A stretch of 64,000 nt of DNA, from NCBI GenBank assembly GCA_013265495.1, contig MU058844.1:10314184-10378183 (forward strand), written 5' to 3'. The notes under the pieces are model-generated. The model made no database searches. It had not been told where the DNA came from and saw only the letters and a program-made list of their open reading frames with translations. The position numbers and the translations under genes are program-made. Within the stretch, counting starts at the first letter, position 1. Each line of letters starts with the position of its first letter. Source of the DNA: Vicugna vicugna (Eukaryota). Shown here piece after piece: positions 25,522 to 37,340 of the stretch.

Positions 25522-26243
25522 GTATGACCTAACCAAAGTTTTACAGCACATTAATTACTGCTGCTTGCTTTTTGCGTAACACCCTAGAATGCTTATTATT
25601 TAAGGGAAAATAAAACTGTACACTGCAATAATGTATGTTGCCTTTGCCTGTCACTCTTTGAAACAAGGTAGTTTAAAATAAGTGCTACAGTTGCTTCTTC
25701 ATTAGACTCACTGCATTAATGCTAACTACAGAGCTGCAGAGTCAATTGAATAAATAATGACCAGTAAATACTGTGCGTGGACAAGATGGACTTCTCTTAG
25801 ATCCTTTTGAAATTTTGAAGTACACATATTGTAGGCACGTATGCTCTTGCTTTTCTGCTTCTTATCACTATAGAATAATTGCATCTTTGTGGGTTTTTTT
25901 GTTTGTTTTCCCTTTTCTGTACAATCCTCAGTCTTGAGTATTGGTTTACTCTATCTCTAAGTTTTAATATGAACTGAAAAATAGTTTGAACATGTTATGT
26001 AGCATCTAACCGGAAAGTCAGAGCTGTAAACAAAGAGCTTATAGGAAGTAATAAAAATAATGATCTTCGTATTTACTTCTCTCAAATTTTGGAAAGCTTT
26101 TTACACATCACTGGCATCACATCTTTTTCTACACTGCTCCTGATTTGATTTTTTATTCTAGAATGTCACTGTTTCACATTTGAGAAAAAAATGTAAGGGT
26201 ATAATAATTATATAATTAATACTAGTACCTTCAATTGATCTAG

Positions 26244-26294
26244 GAACGAAGAGCTCTAGAAAGAAGAATATCTGAAATGGAAGAAGAGCTCAAA
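26244..26294 (+). CDS. PPP1R12A: PPP1R12A coding exon (E25), 51 nt: ERRALERRISEMEEELK (read in a second frame as GTKSSRKKNI* when E24 is included)
   Basis: gatctag| acceptor, |gtaagt donor, phase 0-0. Confidence 0.97.
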
Positions 26295-27132
26295 GTAAGT
26301 AAACCATGCTGCTTTTGAACTCCAATTGTGTAGTGCTATTGTAGAGGCTGTGTTTGTACTATTCTCAAAGCTGCTTATGCAGTTTATAAATTATCTATAT
26401 CCTGTGCTTCTCTTTATTCCTATATCCAGGTTTAGGTGAGCTAAAAGATTATTTAAAACTCAAATCTTTTGTTAATCAATTTTTATGGCACTTTTAATGT
26501 TCAGGTATAGAATAAGTTAGACAATAATTACTATAAGATTTGGGATTTCTTATTTATTCTTTACATTTCACATACTCTATTTCTTGGAAAGTAAATGGTG
26601 GAGGGGGGAATCACTATAAAAATGTTCTCCTTTGAAAATAAAGGACGTTAGAATAGTGGACAGTCGGAGGTATATTTTATTGAACTCTGCATTACCTGTG
26701 AAGATAACTTTGTTTTGAATATTGGAAGGAGTATTCTTTGCAGGGGAAAAAAAACATAGTTAATTGATTACCTCTTATTATGTTGTCTTGCATAAAATAT
26801 CTATCACGTTATGAATTAACGAACTAAATGCATGGGAAATTGTGCTCATAGAATTAGAATTTCAAGGTTTAAGTGTTTTTACCATTGAATTATTTGGTTT
26901 CTTGTTAGAACATTATTATTAAATGGCTTTGGAGAAAATTTTTTTGGATTTTGTTTGATAAGGAATTTTAGGGCTACATTGTTTATGTTTGTAAATTTCA
27001 TGGAATATTCTTCTAAGATTCTTAATTTTTTTCTTCTTATATTTGTTACCTGTGATTCTTTATACTTTTATTGTACTTTTTTCCACTTTCTTATTTTTTA
27101 TTTTCTATTTCTTTATGTTCTGATTCCTGCAG

Positions 27133-27267
27133 AATCTGCACCAAATAAAGCAAATTCAGACTCTGAGGGAGTTAAATGAGCGACTGCTGACTGAGAATAG
27201 GGCCTTGACAAGAGTGGTAGCCAAGCGCTCAGGGTTCTGTAGGCAACTGCAGTCTGTGAACCTATAA
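27133..27267 (+). CDS. PPP1R12A: Candidate alternative terminal coding exon of PPP1R12[45 protein letters not shown]
   Basis: ~100-nt pyrimidine-rich tract ending cctgcag|; 44 open codons in phase 0, matching the E25 donor; heptad similarity to E26; AATAAA at 27486-27491. Confidence 0.75.
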   Translation, partial: NLHQIKQIQTLRELNERLLTENRALTRVVAKRSGFCRQLQSVNL

Positions 27268-28813
27268 TTTATAGTTTCATCATTTCTTCTTGGTAGAGCC
27301 AGGCAGGTGTTTTTGTGTTAGTAAGCGTGTCTTGAGCTCACTTTTACAAATTAATGCCATTGTGTCTGGAGCTTATCATATAACTGTTTAATTATGCATG
27401 GCTTCTCAGAATGTTAGAAAGTGCCACTAATTGTATTTTGCAACTGAGAAACTATGATAAACTGAGGGAATGATTTAACCATTTAAATAAAAGACTTGTC
27501 TGCACTGTTGCAAAACTTATGCACATTTTTGGCTTTACAAATATTTTAGGGCTCAAAAATAGAGCTATTTAAAATTCTTTACTAGAGAGAAAGTGGAACA
27601 TAAACAGTATAATATACTTAAAATGGAATCAACATATGTTGAAACTGAAGATTAAACTTGGAATATGTGTTTTTCAAAATAATGTCATCTTCCATCAGAA
27701 CCATCTTAGTTAATATTCACTATTAATTGACCATCTTAGTTAATATTTTTTATTACAGAGGTAGCCTAATACATAAACTTAAGGTTACTGTATTTATATC
27801 CATACATCCTGAGCACAGGTCAGAATTGACTGGTATTGACTAGTTATATATAGAATTAAACTATTCTTAAAGATTTTGCTTAAGGTAGTTTTACTTTTAT
27901 CTAATTCAGTAGTTTAGTACATTTTGAAAGCTAAGCAAAGAAAACTAAATATCTTGGAAAGTATGTTTTCATATCCAAAATATAAGCTATTCCATTTCCT
28001 AGCAAATCTGGCAGAGCACATATAATTTAAATCATTCTTAGTAGAAAATCCAGTTAACTTATATTTCCACCCCCTCCTTCAATTTGTCTGTAAAACAGAA
28101 AAATTGATTTGTTTTGAGAATGTGAGGGTATGTTTTTCTGGTTACTACAAATACTGGTTATTTTTTCTATGCTTGGATATTTTCATAAGTACAGACTTAC
28201 TACTTTGACTTATAAATTACATTATCCTATTCTAATAATAGTAATAATTGCTTTGTTACTGTTTAATTGAGCACCTATCTTGAGTCAGAGTTTGTACTAG
28301 GTACTTAAACTTAGTGCAAGGTAAATCAGGAATTTTAATAATTTAGAGCAAGTCTAACTCCTTCAAAACTTCCCTAAATAGTCTAGCTTTCTTGTGGAAT
28401 AATAGTATGGTTTGAGGTCTGACATAAAGCAAAAGGCTTTAATTTAGGTGTGACAGAAACTCCCTTTAAAAGCCTATCCTAACAAAAACAGGCTTCATTT
28501 TTTTGGCTGCTCTAATATGGTGTGCTTGTGAGTCATACTGTCAAGTGATTTAGTACATTTCAATTGATAACTTTGGGAGAATAAACCTTTCATTTCATCA
28601 TTTATTAAACTAATTAGCTTCACAGATTGGGTTTTGTTTTTGTTCTGTTTTTTTTTTTCTTTCTTTCTTCCTGATACATGTTTAGGCACTAGAAATACAT
28701 ATAACTGACAAAGCTTGTTCATGTGTCTTGTGGTAAAAGTATAACATTTATTAAGAGTAATATTTTTTCTTTTTATTGAATTAAAACCTTTTCTTCTATT
28801 TTTCCTCTCATAG

Positions 28814-28900
28814 ATGTTACCAGACCTAAAAGCAGACAACCAGAGGCTAAAGGATGAAAATGGGGCCTTGATCAGAGTTATAAGCAAACTTTCCAAATGA
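28814..28900 (+). CDS. PPP1R12A: PPP1R12A last coding exon (E26): MLPDLKADNQRLKDENGALIRVISKLSK*, canonical leucine zipper (PKG-I alpha binding)
   Basis: ctctcatag| acceptor; L-x6-L-x6-L-x6-L; TGA 28898-28900. Confidence 0.98.
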   Translation: MLPDLKADNQRLKDENGALIRVISKLSK

Positions 28901-29051
28901 AAAAGCAGCAAGTAATGGAATTGCACGTGTTAGTGACCCAGTGGACCATAACTGACAGTCACTGGAAGCCTGGGAAGAATCCTTGGAGACTGTCACTTTG
29001 GATATCCTGCCAAATGCCCCCTTATCTAGGAGTTTTGTTTAATTTTCTGGG

Positions 29052-29112
29052 TTTTTTTTTCTTTCTTTCTTTCTTTCTTTCTTTCTTTTTTTTTTTTTCT
29101 TTTTTCTTTTTT
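29052..29112. repeat. Poly-T/(TTTC)n tract in the proximal 3'UTR
   Basis: Direct inspection. Confidence 0.9.
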
Positions 29113-30978
29113 CCTTGTATCAAGACCATTGTTTCATGTTAATGCAGCTGCTGAGAAGATTTTTTTTTAATGACTGAGAAAACTTGTTTACAGCTCCAGC
29201 ATCTAAGGAAAGTGTTCAAGGCCAGATATGCCTCAGATATTTAACCAGTAAGCCTTAGTTGTACATAGATACTTTTGTGTCAACAAAAACTTTCAGCTCT
29301 CACAGAAGACAGTTATTCAGCATTTTTTGATGTGCCACAGTTTCCAGTTTTTCGATATTTAATTTTTTTTTGCTTTACATCTAAGTTTGGGTTTGTATTT
29401 TTTCCTTCTAACTCTTCATGTGGCAGACTCTTGTATGTTCTCACACCCTTCTCATTTACAGAAAAGAACACTTGCTTTTCTGAGATCATTGTCATGTATT
29501 GGGCTAATGCTGTGTTGTCCCCCACCTGGAACTGAATTGCTTGGTGGAACATTTGCTTTCACTGTTTGTGCAATATGCATTTACTCCTTATATGAATGCT
29601 TTAACGTCGATTGAGATTAGATTCTTAAGTCCTATTTTCTGCCTTCATTGGTCACTTTTTTGTTTTTGTTTGTTTTTTATTATTGTAGTATAAGATGTTA
29701 GATTCTGTAATCTTCACATTCATTTTAGCAGGTACTGAGTGATACTGTATATATAAATAAGTGTATTGTTTTGATTTTTAGACCACCACATGGCATGCTT
29801 GACTATTTTCTTATTTCAACTGTCTGTTAACGCAAAGTAGGCTACTCCATGATAGTGTTAAAAACAAAGTTTGCTAACAATGTGATATAAAGACTTTTAA
29901 AGTAACACATTATGTGGAGCCCTATCTTTAAAAAAGTTTTCTACTGTAAAATGCTTTTACTTTTATTTGCAGTTTTCATTTGATAGTATTCAACCATAAT
30001 TAAAGTTGCATAAGATAATTGCTTCACATTTCACGTACCTATATTTATCTGAGTGCTGTCTAAAACTGTTGTGCTAGCCAAAGTAATGCTATGAAGTCAT
30101 TTGCAGACTTAACCATGAGTTAACGTTAAATGCACTGTTATTGCCATGTGAAGAGGCATTGACTTTGATACCACCATCATGTTCAGACCATTTTATACAT
30201 TTCAGTGGCCTTTTTTTAAAAAAAAAAAAGCAAAACCAAGTACATAGTGAAGATGGCTTTTATTTGGACAAATAGCTTTTATATTTTCATTAAACCATGC
30301 AAAAAATACTCTCTATCTTACTGGCACATAACTGTCTCCTTAACCACTGAACAGTTCAGCCATTTGAATAAATTGTACATTGTAAAGCTTATAGTAGCTA
30401 ATTGTATTATTGATTGTATTGTATACTATATTAAATGTGAATTTGTACCCCTTCATTTTAAAAGGTCATTGTGTTCTACTGCCTATTTTAGATTACTTTG
30501 GGGTTGGGAAAGGGTGTTTTGGTAAGCAGGATTTTAAGTCCTCTCTCTCTTGATTGGTTTTATGAAGATATAAGGTTATGCTCTTACTACCAAGCTCAGG
30601 ATTCTTGATTTTTAAAGGTACAAGGATAGTTGTGGGAATTTTATTTTTGGTTATATTTGAACTGTATGAATGGTGGGTCTGACTAGAGAATTTCCATGGT
30701 CTTATGTGGACGTAAAATATACAGATAATTGACCAGTTTGAGTGACTGCAACATGTTCTGGTGCCCAGCAGTTAGGCATGCTAAGGATTATATTTGTGAA
30801 GTTTGGATGCCTGTGAAGAATGATTAAATACGTGTTTCTAATATTTAGTGTTTTGTATTTAGGTTATTTATTCTTTGTATCTAAAACTGAACAGCTACTG
30901 TGCTATATTGATTTTATTGGTAGTATTGAGCAGACCTTGTTTCTGCATGAAACTAGTTGCAAAACCCACTATTTTGGA

Positions 30979-31019
30979 AATAAAAATGTATTTTGACATA
31001 TACAAATAAAATGAATAAA
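30979..31019 (+). terminator. Cluster of three AATAAA polyadenylation signals
   Basis: AATAAA at 30979-30984, 31005-31010 and 31014-31019, followed by TG/T-rich sequence. Confidence 0.7.
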
Positions 31020-31398
31020 ACTATTTTAAATGTGTGAACTTTTACTGAAGACATTTAAAATTTTGTTCTGAGATACTTAAATTCTGCATGGGTGTTTTTT
31101 CACTAATTGCTTTACTTGGATTCTAATTGGAATAATTTTTGAAATTGTAATATTGTGGTAATTTGCACAACATTGTACGTGCACATCTGTAAATGCAACC
31201 TTAATTGCCATATTTATGCAATCTGTATACCAATTTGGACAAATGTTTATATATTTTACATAAAGCGGTCTGTATGCAGAATCTGAGAACTAGTTTTTTT
31301 ATGATAATAAGTGGGTAAGAAATAATGGTAAGAGTGAGTTTCAAGATAGTAGCTTTGTAGCATGAGATTTCAGTTACCTAAACATTCTCTGGTTTCTA

Positions 31399-31504
31399 TT
31401 CATTTACTTTTTTATTTTTAGAGGAATTCCTGGAGATTGAACCCAGGACCTCGTGCATGCTATAAGCATGTGCTCTATCACTTGAGCTATCCCCTCCCGC
31501 CCCG
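31399..31504 (-). mobile_element. tRNA-derived SINE (Vic-1-like) with 9-bp TSD
   Basis: gattgaacccaggacctcgtgcatgc...gctctatcacttgagctatcccctccc; TSD tggtttcta at 31390-31398 and 31505-31513. Confidence 0.88.
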
Positions 31505-33659
31505 TGGTTTCTAAATTAACCCTGTGCTTTTTCTTAGTTGCAGACATTGTCTTGAAAATACATATAAAGATAATATTCCACTGAAATGTAAACTGTTAGA
31601 TCATTCTCCAGTCTACATTTGTCCAAGGTTCAACCCTAATCTCCTACACATCTGTAACTAGGTAAGAGGCACTTTCAGTTTGCGAACTTCGGTAGAAGAC
31701 TCGTAGTAAGCCTGTGTTTAACTAAATTAATACTAGAATTGAATTCTCTTGTTTCTACTTACAGTACTTTTCCTTTGCATGCTCACAGACTGAGAGAGAT
31801 TACTGTTGTTTGTCCTCCGTACAAAAAAAAGAATTTCACATCCAAATTCTTAAAACCAAATTCAGAGCAGCTAGAATTATCTAGGAGAATATTCATATTA
31901 AAAAGTAAAGTAGATATTCACTAATCCAGTAGACTACTTTATTCTTTTGCTTAAAGGTTTATTACCACTCAGTCTTTCCTGCCTCGTCTGAAACAATCAT
32001 GACTCCCAGTGTCAATACTCACTGAGTGTTGTAAGAACATACCCAGAGGCCAAATTCTCTCCAAACTAGGGCCATGTATTTCCCATAGGAAATAATAGCC
32101 TTATAGGTTGTCCTTCACTTAGTCATTATAAGCAGAATACACACAGAGCAAACTCTTAATTATTAACTATCCATTAGCCATATCTTGCTAGAGAAAACCT
32201 TTGGTTGCAAAGATGAAAGCTGGCTGATAAGCAATCTTTTCTGGGACGTTCCATGTTTTACACTGTGGGTAGTCTCTGTGTGTCTGAGTGTGCATGTCCA
32301 GCAGAGGTAATGTACATATGAGAGCTGTTGTCCAAAAAGGATTGGATGTGGAATGAAGTATTTATTTTGCTATTTTATTGTATATCTCTAAGTAGCTAAA
32401 TACATTTCTTGACTTCGATTTTGGAAAGGTCCTCTGAGGTTATGTGCTTTGAAACAACAGTGTGCTTTCTTAGGTAAGTGGCATAGTGTCATATTGCTGT
32501 TCCATGCCTACAAAATGACCAGATGACAAAGTAATAAATTTTAAAACATAGGAGTCAGGAGTTTAAAATTCTGTAATAAGATGACGTAATTCTATAATAA
32601 GATAAATAATTCTGGCTTATTACTCTAAGTTGAAATTTTATTACAAGTTTTCTAAAGTTTATTAGAAGTAAGCTTTTTTGAACTAGGCTGTCCCAACTTG
32701 TCAGTGCTTTAGTCCCAATATCATATAAGTCACAAAAATTAACTAGATTTTCATTTTAAAAGGCTGAAGAAAAAGAAGGGGGGGAAACGTGAAGAAATGA
32801 GCAGTCTTAGTAGATTCTGTCCTGAATAATATACAGCTAGTCGGGCCTGTACTTTTTTTGTAGGTCTGGGAGAATGGAAATGGGAAAGAGAAGAATTTAC
32901 CTTCTCTCCTCTTCCCCACACTCAATTATTCTTACACGTTTGTATTGATACATGTCTGTTTCAATAGGATATCTCACTTGATCCTTACAACAGGCTGGGT
33001 AAATTAAGTCTGTCTCCCTTTTATAGGTGAGATGAGAAAGCTGAGATTTACAGATCATAAACTGGGTCAACATTCCAAGCCTCGTGCAAAGCGGAGCTCT
33101 TACCCAGACTTAGTGGTGATTGTCATTCTTCCCAGCTCCTAATCAAGGACTTTTTCCACTGTATCACTTAGTCAGTTTGATAGTTTATACTTTGAGGATG
33201 GAGTTTCTTGATTTTTTTTCTTTCACATTCTTTCTCTAATCCCACATTCTCACACCCACACCCACTAAACTTTTCTCTCCTTAGGACTTATTATTGCTAA
33301 ACTATTTTGCCCTATAATGGGATTTTTTTAAAGACAATGCTTTTAATACTCAAGCAGCAAGCTGGTTCCCTGGTGCAAATTCTAGCTATACCCAGTAGAC
33401 CATCATACATTTGTAAAAGATTTTCACATACCTACATACAAAAGAACTTTACATCCTTCAAAAACAGATTTTTCAGTTGATGATCAGAGGTTAATTCCCA
33501 ACAGTATCTTTAATTCCCAAGTAAGATAGGCAACATTGATAGTGCTATGATTTTAGCAACAAATTTTTCTCCCCCAATGAAAACGTATGGAGTATCAATG
33601 TATAAAACAAAATTTGCATTTACATTAACTCATACATATGACTCCACCCCCAAAAAAGT

Positions 33660-33759
33660 CACAGTTGGCTCTCTGCATTCACAGATACAAAGGGCCAACC
33701 GCACTATGCCACTTAATATAAGGGACTTGAATATCTGCAGATACCAAGGGACACCTGTA
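33660..33759. mobile_element. MER2/Tigger-like DNA transposon remnant
   Basis: cagttggctctctgcattcacagata...aagggacttgaatatctgcagataccaagggacacctgta. Confidence 0.5.
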
Positions 33760-35524
33760 CCCAAAAACTTAAGCCTCTGTACGACATGCATGACAGCAGC
33801 ATGGCTGCCTCACTTGTTACTGTTTAATTCTTAGGACCAGAGCATTACTGGGCATGCACCTTAACGTGCGATTGCTTTTACAATATATTTGCTAAATGTG
33901 CTCTAGCAGTGTACTAGTATATGTGAGTGACTATGTTCTGGCCTACATCAAAACCAAGTGCAGACAGGAGAAGCTCCAAACAAAAATGAGATCACTTGGC
34001 AGTTGTGGTAGTGCTCTGATGTTTTACAGTTTTACATGTGCCCACGTGTATTGTTTTTTAAGTTTTAGGAAAGCATTTTAGCAAACAATTTGAATCAAAA
34101 TTTTATGAGATCCATAGGATACCTTTGCAAAACCTAGGGGGTACTGATTTTTAAACACTTGACATGGTCGAAAAACTTTTTGGATTCAGTCAGCTCTAGA
34201 TATAAATCTCAGCTACACTACTTTGTAATTGTGTGACATTGGTCAAATTATTTAACCATTTGGGCTCAGTTTTTTTCAAGTAAATAACATATCTGTGTAA
34301 AGTGCCTTGGACAATTTTTGGAGCTTAGTGGCTAGAGACTTAACAAATGCAATTACTATATTATTACTCTGAAGAAATTATACTAGAAATTTGTGACTTT
34401 CAAAAGTACTAATTTACTTTGGAATGTAATTTATTTTTGGTTGGATCATTTGATAAATGTTGATAACTAGTATTTCCAAAGAATCTTCTATTGTGAAAAA
34501 ATTTTAATAGGATTGTATCTTAGAATATATTAGAGCAAAATTTTGGAATAATTTACCCAGTTACCATAAACACCTTTTTTTTTTTTTTAAACTCTGGGAT
34601 CAGTAAGGGAGGAAGAGGTTAAGAGATGGATTTCAGAAGACCTCCTTCAACCATTGGAAAGAAGGAAAAAGTACACCTCTGTAACCATGCCCCATCTGCC
34701 CTAACAGATTCCAGGAACTCTGACTCTTCGTGTGAATCCAATCCATTGTGGACCCCAGTTGCTGTTATGAAAAAGGGACAGATAGGGGAGAGTGTCAAGG
34801 AGCTTATAAATGTGACATACAAAATGCATTTGCCATAGAAGAGATGGATGGTAAGTATGGGCTAATAAGTGTTTTAATTACTACTTATTGTTAATTGCTA
34901 CTCTGTATTTCTTGTTTTCGTTAAAATTCATACTTGTTGCAATGTCAGGATTATCACTACTTTGGGATGCTTTTTAAGTTTACTTAATGCTTCTCATAAA
35001 ACATCCTGAGGTCATCTGGGCCATTTATCAGCCTTCAGATAAGACTAACCTTGTCAGATAATGATTTTCTGCATAAGAGTTATAAAATCTCATCTGTTCT
35101 TTTTGTCTGAAATTTAGAGTCCTGCCCATCTCATTTGTACTCCGTGCTACACTGCACCTCTGATGTGTAGTACTTCCTTCACAGTAACCAGCAGTAGGAA
35201 AACCAGAGGAAGGGAGCTACATTTTAGTATTTTCTTTGTTCTAGACCCTACATAGATTGGTTTTCTGCTGTTAAGTTCTTTGTAATCTGTTCCTTTTATT
35301 TTACTCTTGACAAGGTCTTTTTCATCTTTGTTCTCAGCAGCTGGTATAGTGCCTGGCAAACAGTAGGTGTTAATTTGATGTTATTAAAAGGAAAGAGTAA
35401 ATCTGAATAATTAAACTGTGATATATACATTTTGCAGAGGAAAAAAATCTTGACTGGCCTCTAGGTTTTTAAGAAAGCTTTTTAAGATATTAAATGTAAG
35501 GGTTCTGATTCCTACAGACTTTGT

Positions 35525-35990
35525 CTCAGTCATTCAGCAAGTTCTTGTTAGCGCTTCCAGGCCAGACTGCCCTGAGTGGTGGCAATACACCCAGGGGCAA
35601 ACAGGCAGAAATAAAACCCCTGCCTTGTGGAGGTTACATTCAAGGAGTGGAAAGATTGAAAATAAGCAGTTACACTATTTTAGAAGATAATAGGTACTAT
35701 GGAGCAAATAGAGCAAGATAAGAGATTTCAGGAACGAGGGAGAGATTGTCAGAGAAGGCCTCCCTGAGCACGTACCATCTGAGTCAAAACTGGAAGAAGA
35801 GGAGGACAAAAACTGCAGATACTCTGGGAGAAGAGCATGTCCAGGCAGAGAAAGCAACAACAGCAAAGGCCTTGAGATGCCGATGTTCTCAAGTATTTCA
35901 ACAAACAGTAAGGCTTATAGCCTAGTAAGCAAGAGGTAGAGAGATAGGAGACAAGATCGGAGACGCAACTGAGAGCTGGGTTAGGGACTT
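35525..35990 (-). mobile_element. L2 LINE fragment
   Basis: tcagtcattcagcaagt...gtcagagaaggcctccctgag...gaagagcatgtccaggcagagaaagcaacaacagcaaaggccttgag. Confidence 0.7.
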
Positions 35991-36220
35991 GTTTAGACGA
36001 GTATTAACCACATTCTCTTCTCTAGACCTGCTCCTTCAAGAACTTGGCTATTCTTGTGTGTACTCTTTTCCCAAGAATATTTTGTAGCTCTTTATAATAA
36101 AAGCCACATACTGTAAGATTATTTTTTACAGGAGAGAATTGGATTATAAATTGGGGAGAATAATTATACTAGAAAACCTAGGCCAAGTTTCCTAAGCCAA
36201 AACTTTTTTTAAAAACTGAA

Positions 36221-36381
36221 TTTTTTTAAACTTCATTTATTTTTAAATTTTATTTTATATTATTATTTTGGGGGGCTGGTAATTATGTTTGTTTGTTTGT
36301 TTATTAATGAAAGTTGGGGATTAAACCCAGGACCTCATACATACTAAGTACTCACTCTACCACTAAACTATATCCTTCCCC
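36221..36381 (-). mobile_element. tRNA-derived SINE (Vic-1-like), more diverged copy
   Basis: ggggattaaacccaggacctcatacatactaagtactcactctaccactaaactatatccttcccc with T-rich tail; explains ORF 36314..36619. Confidence 0.85.
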
Positions 36382-36811
36382 TAAGGGGAAACTTACTGAG
36401 TTAAATGTAAAATATTTGCTAAGACTCCATGACAGCAAAGTTAGAAATGGAAAAAAGGATTATTACAAACATCATTACTATGTAATGGAAGCACAGCAGT
36501 TCACAGGGCAGAATGAACACTTCAGACCAGAGCTCAGGAAGGAGTCTCCTCGTTGGTTTTACAGTTGGTCTGTACACCTAATGTACATTGTCCTCATTTG
36601 TGTCTACATTTTGGGGTAGTATTTTTCTTCAGATGGTCATTTCTTATTTCTGCTTTCAAAACCAAAATCTAGAATAAAAGATGGACTTCCATAAATGTTA
36701 TGACATAGTTCCGAAAGGGAACAGAGTACTGTTACCCAAACGTGTGGTATCCAATGTCTTTCCTGTCCTAGGAATGTCCCAGGACTGGTTACCTTAATCA
36801 TTCACCGGCAC

Positions 36812-36988
36812 CAGTGGTTCTCAAACTTGAATCACCTGGACAGCTTGTTCAGCCACAGTTTGGGCCCCACTCCTGTTTTTTAATTCCACACATAGGGTCT
36901 GTGATGGGGCCAGTGAATCTGTATTTCTATCAGGTTCACAGATGATGCTGACACTGCTGGTCCAGGGATGACATTTTGAGACCTACTG
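36812..36988. mobile_element. MER5A-like hAT-Charlie MITE
   Basis: Terminal inverted repeats cagtggttctcaaa / tttgagacctactg; internal gaatcacctgg and gatgctgacactgctggtcc. Confidence 0.8.
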
Positions 36989-37153
36989 TATTACAATATC
37001 AACTGTTCATCTTCTAAATGAAAATGGAGAATTCAAAAGTAAAATCCTCTGTGAGAACCTTAAAGGTACGTGTCCTACATTAATAGTTAAAAGGAGATCA
37101 AGTAGACCAAACTTTGCATAACACCAACGACAGTTTAAAAGTAGAAGATCATG

Positions 37154-37340
37154 GCCACTCTCCCTTCTGAGCGAGACAGACCACGCTCTGTCTACAGAGT
37201 GTGCATCTACCAAGCACCCAACCCCCACACCTCTTGCCTTCTCAAACAGCCTGCACTCTGTCTATGGAGTATGTATCTCTCTGAATAAACCTACCTTTAC
37301 TCCAGAAAGTAAATAAATAAAATAAAGTAAAATTACATTA
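37154..37340 (+). mobile_element. Short A-tailed retrocopy (LTR-like sequence) with 17-bp TSD
   Basis: TSD aaaagtagaaga(t/c)catg at 37137-37153 and 37341-37357; AATAAA 37284-37289, then an A-rich tail. Confidence 0.75.

Larger units (their letters stand above)
28901..31285 (+). other. PPP1R12A: PPP1R12A 3'UTR (end approximate; several candidate poly(A) sites)
   Basis: Follows the stop codon; U-rich and free of recognisable interspersed repeats; AATAAA 30367-30372, ATTAAA 30430-30435, AATAAA 30979, 31005 and 31014, CATAAA 31259. Confidence 0.75.

Noticed and set aside
26955..27179. 74-aa hydrophobic ORF resembling a membrane peptide
   Set aside because: It is the translated pyrimidine tract; the meaningful frame is the different, E25-compatible frame starting at 27133.
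28495..29614. Several ORFs overlapping the last exon and 3'UTR
   Set aside because: Low-complexity Phe/Lys-rich translations of T tracts or antisense to E26; no recognisable homology.
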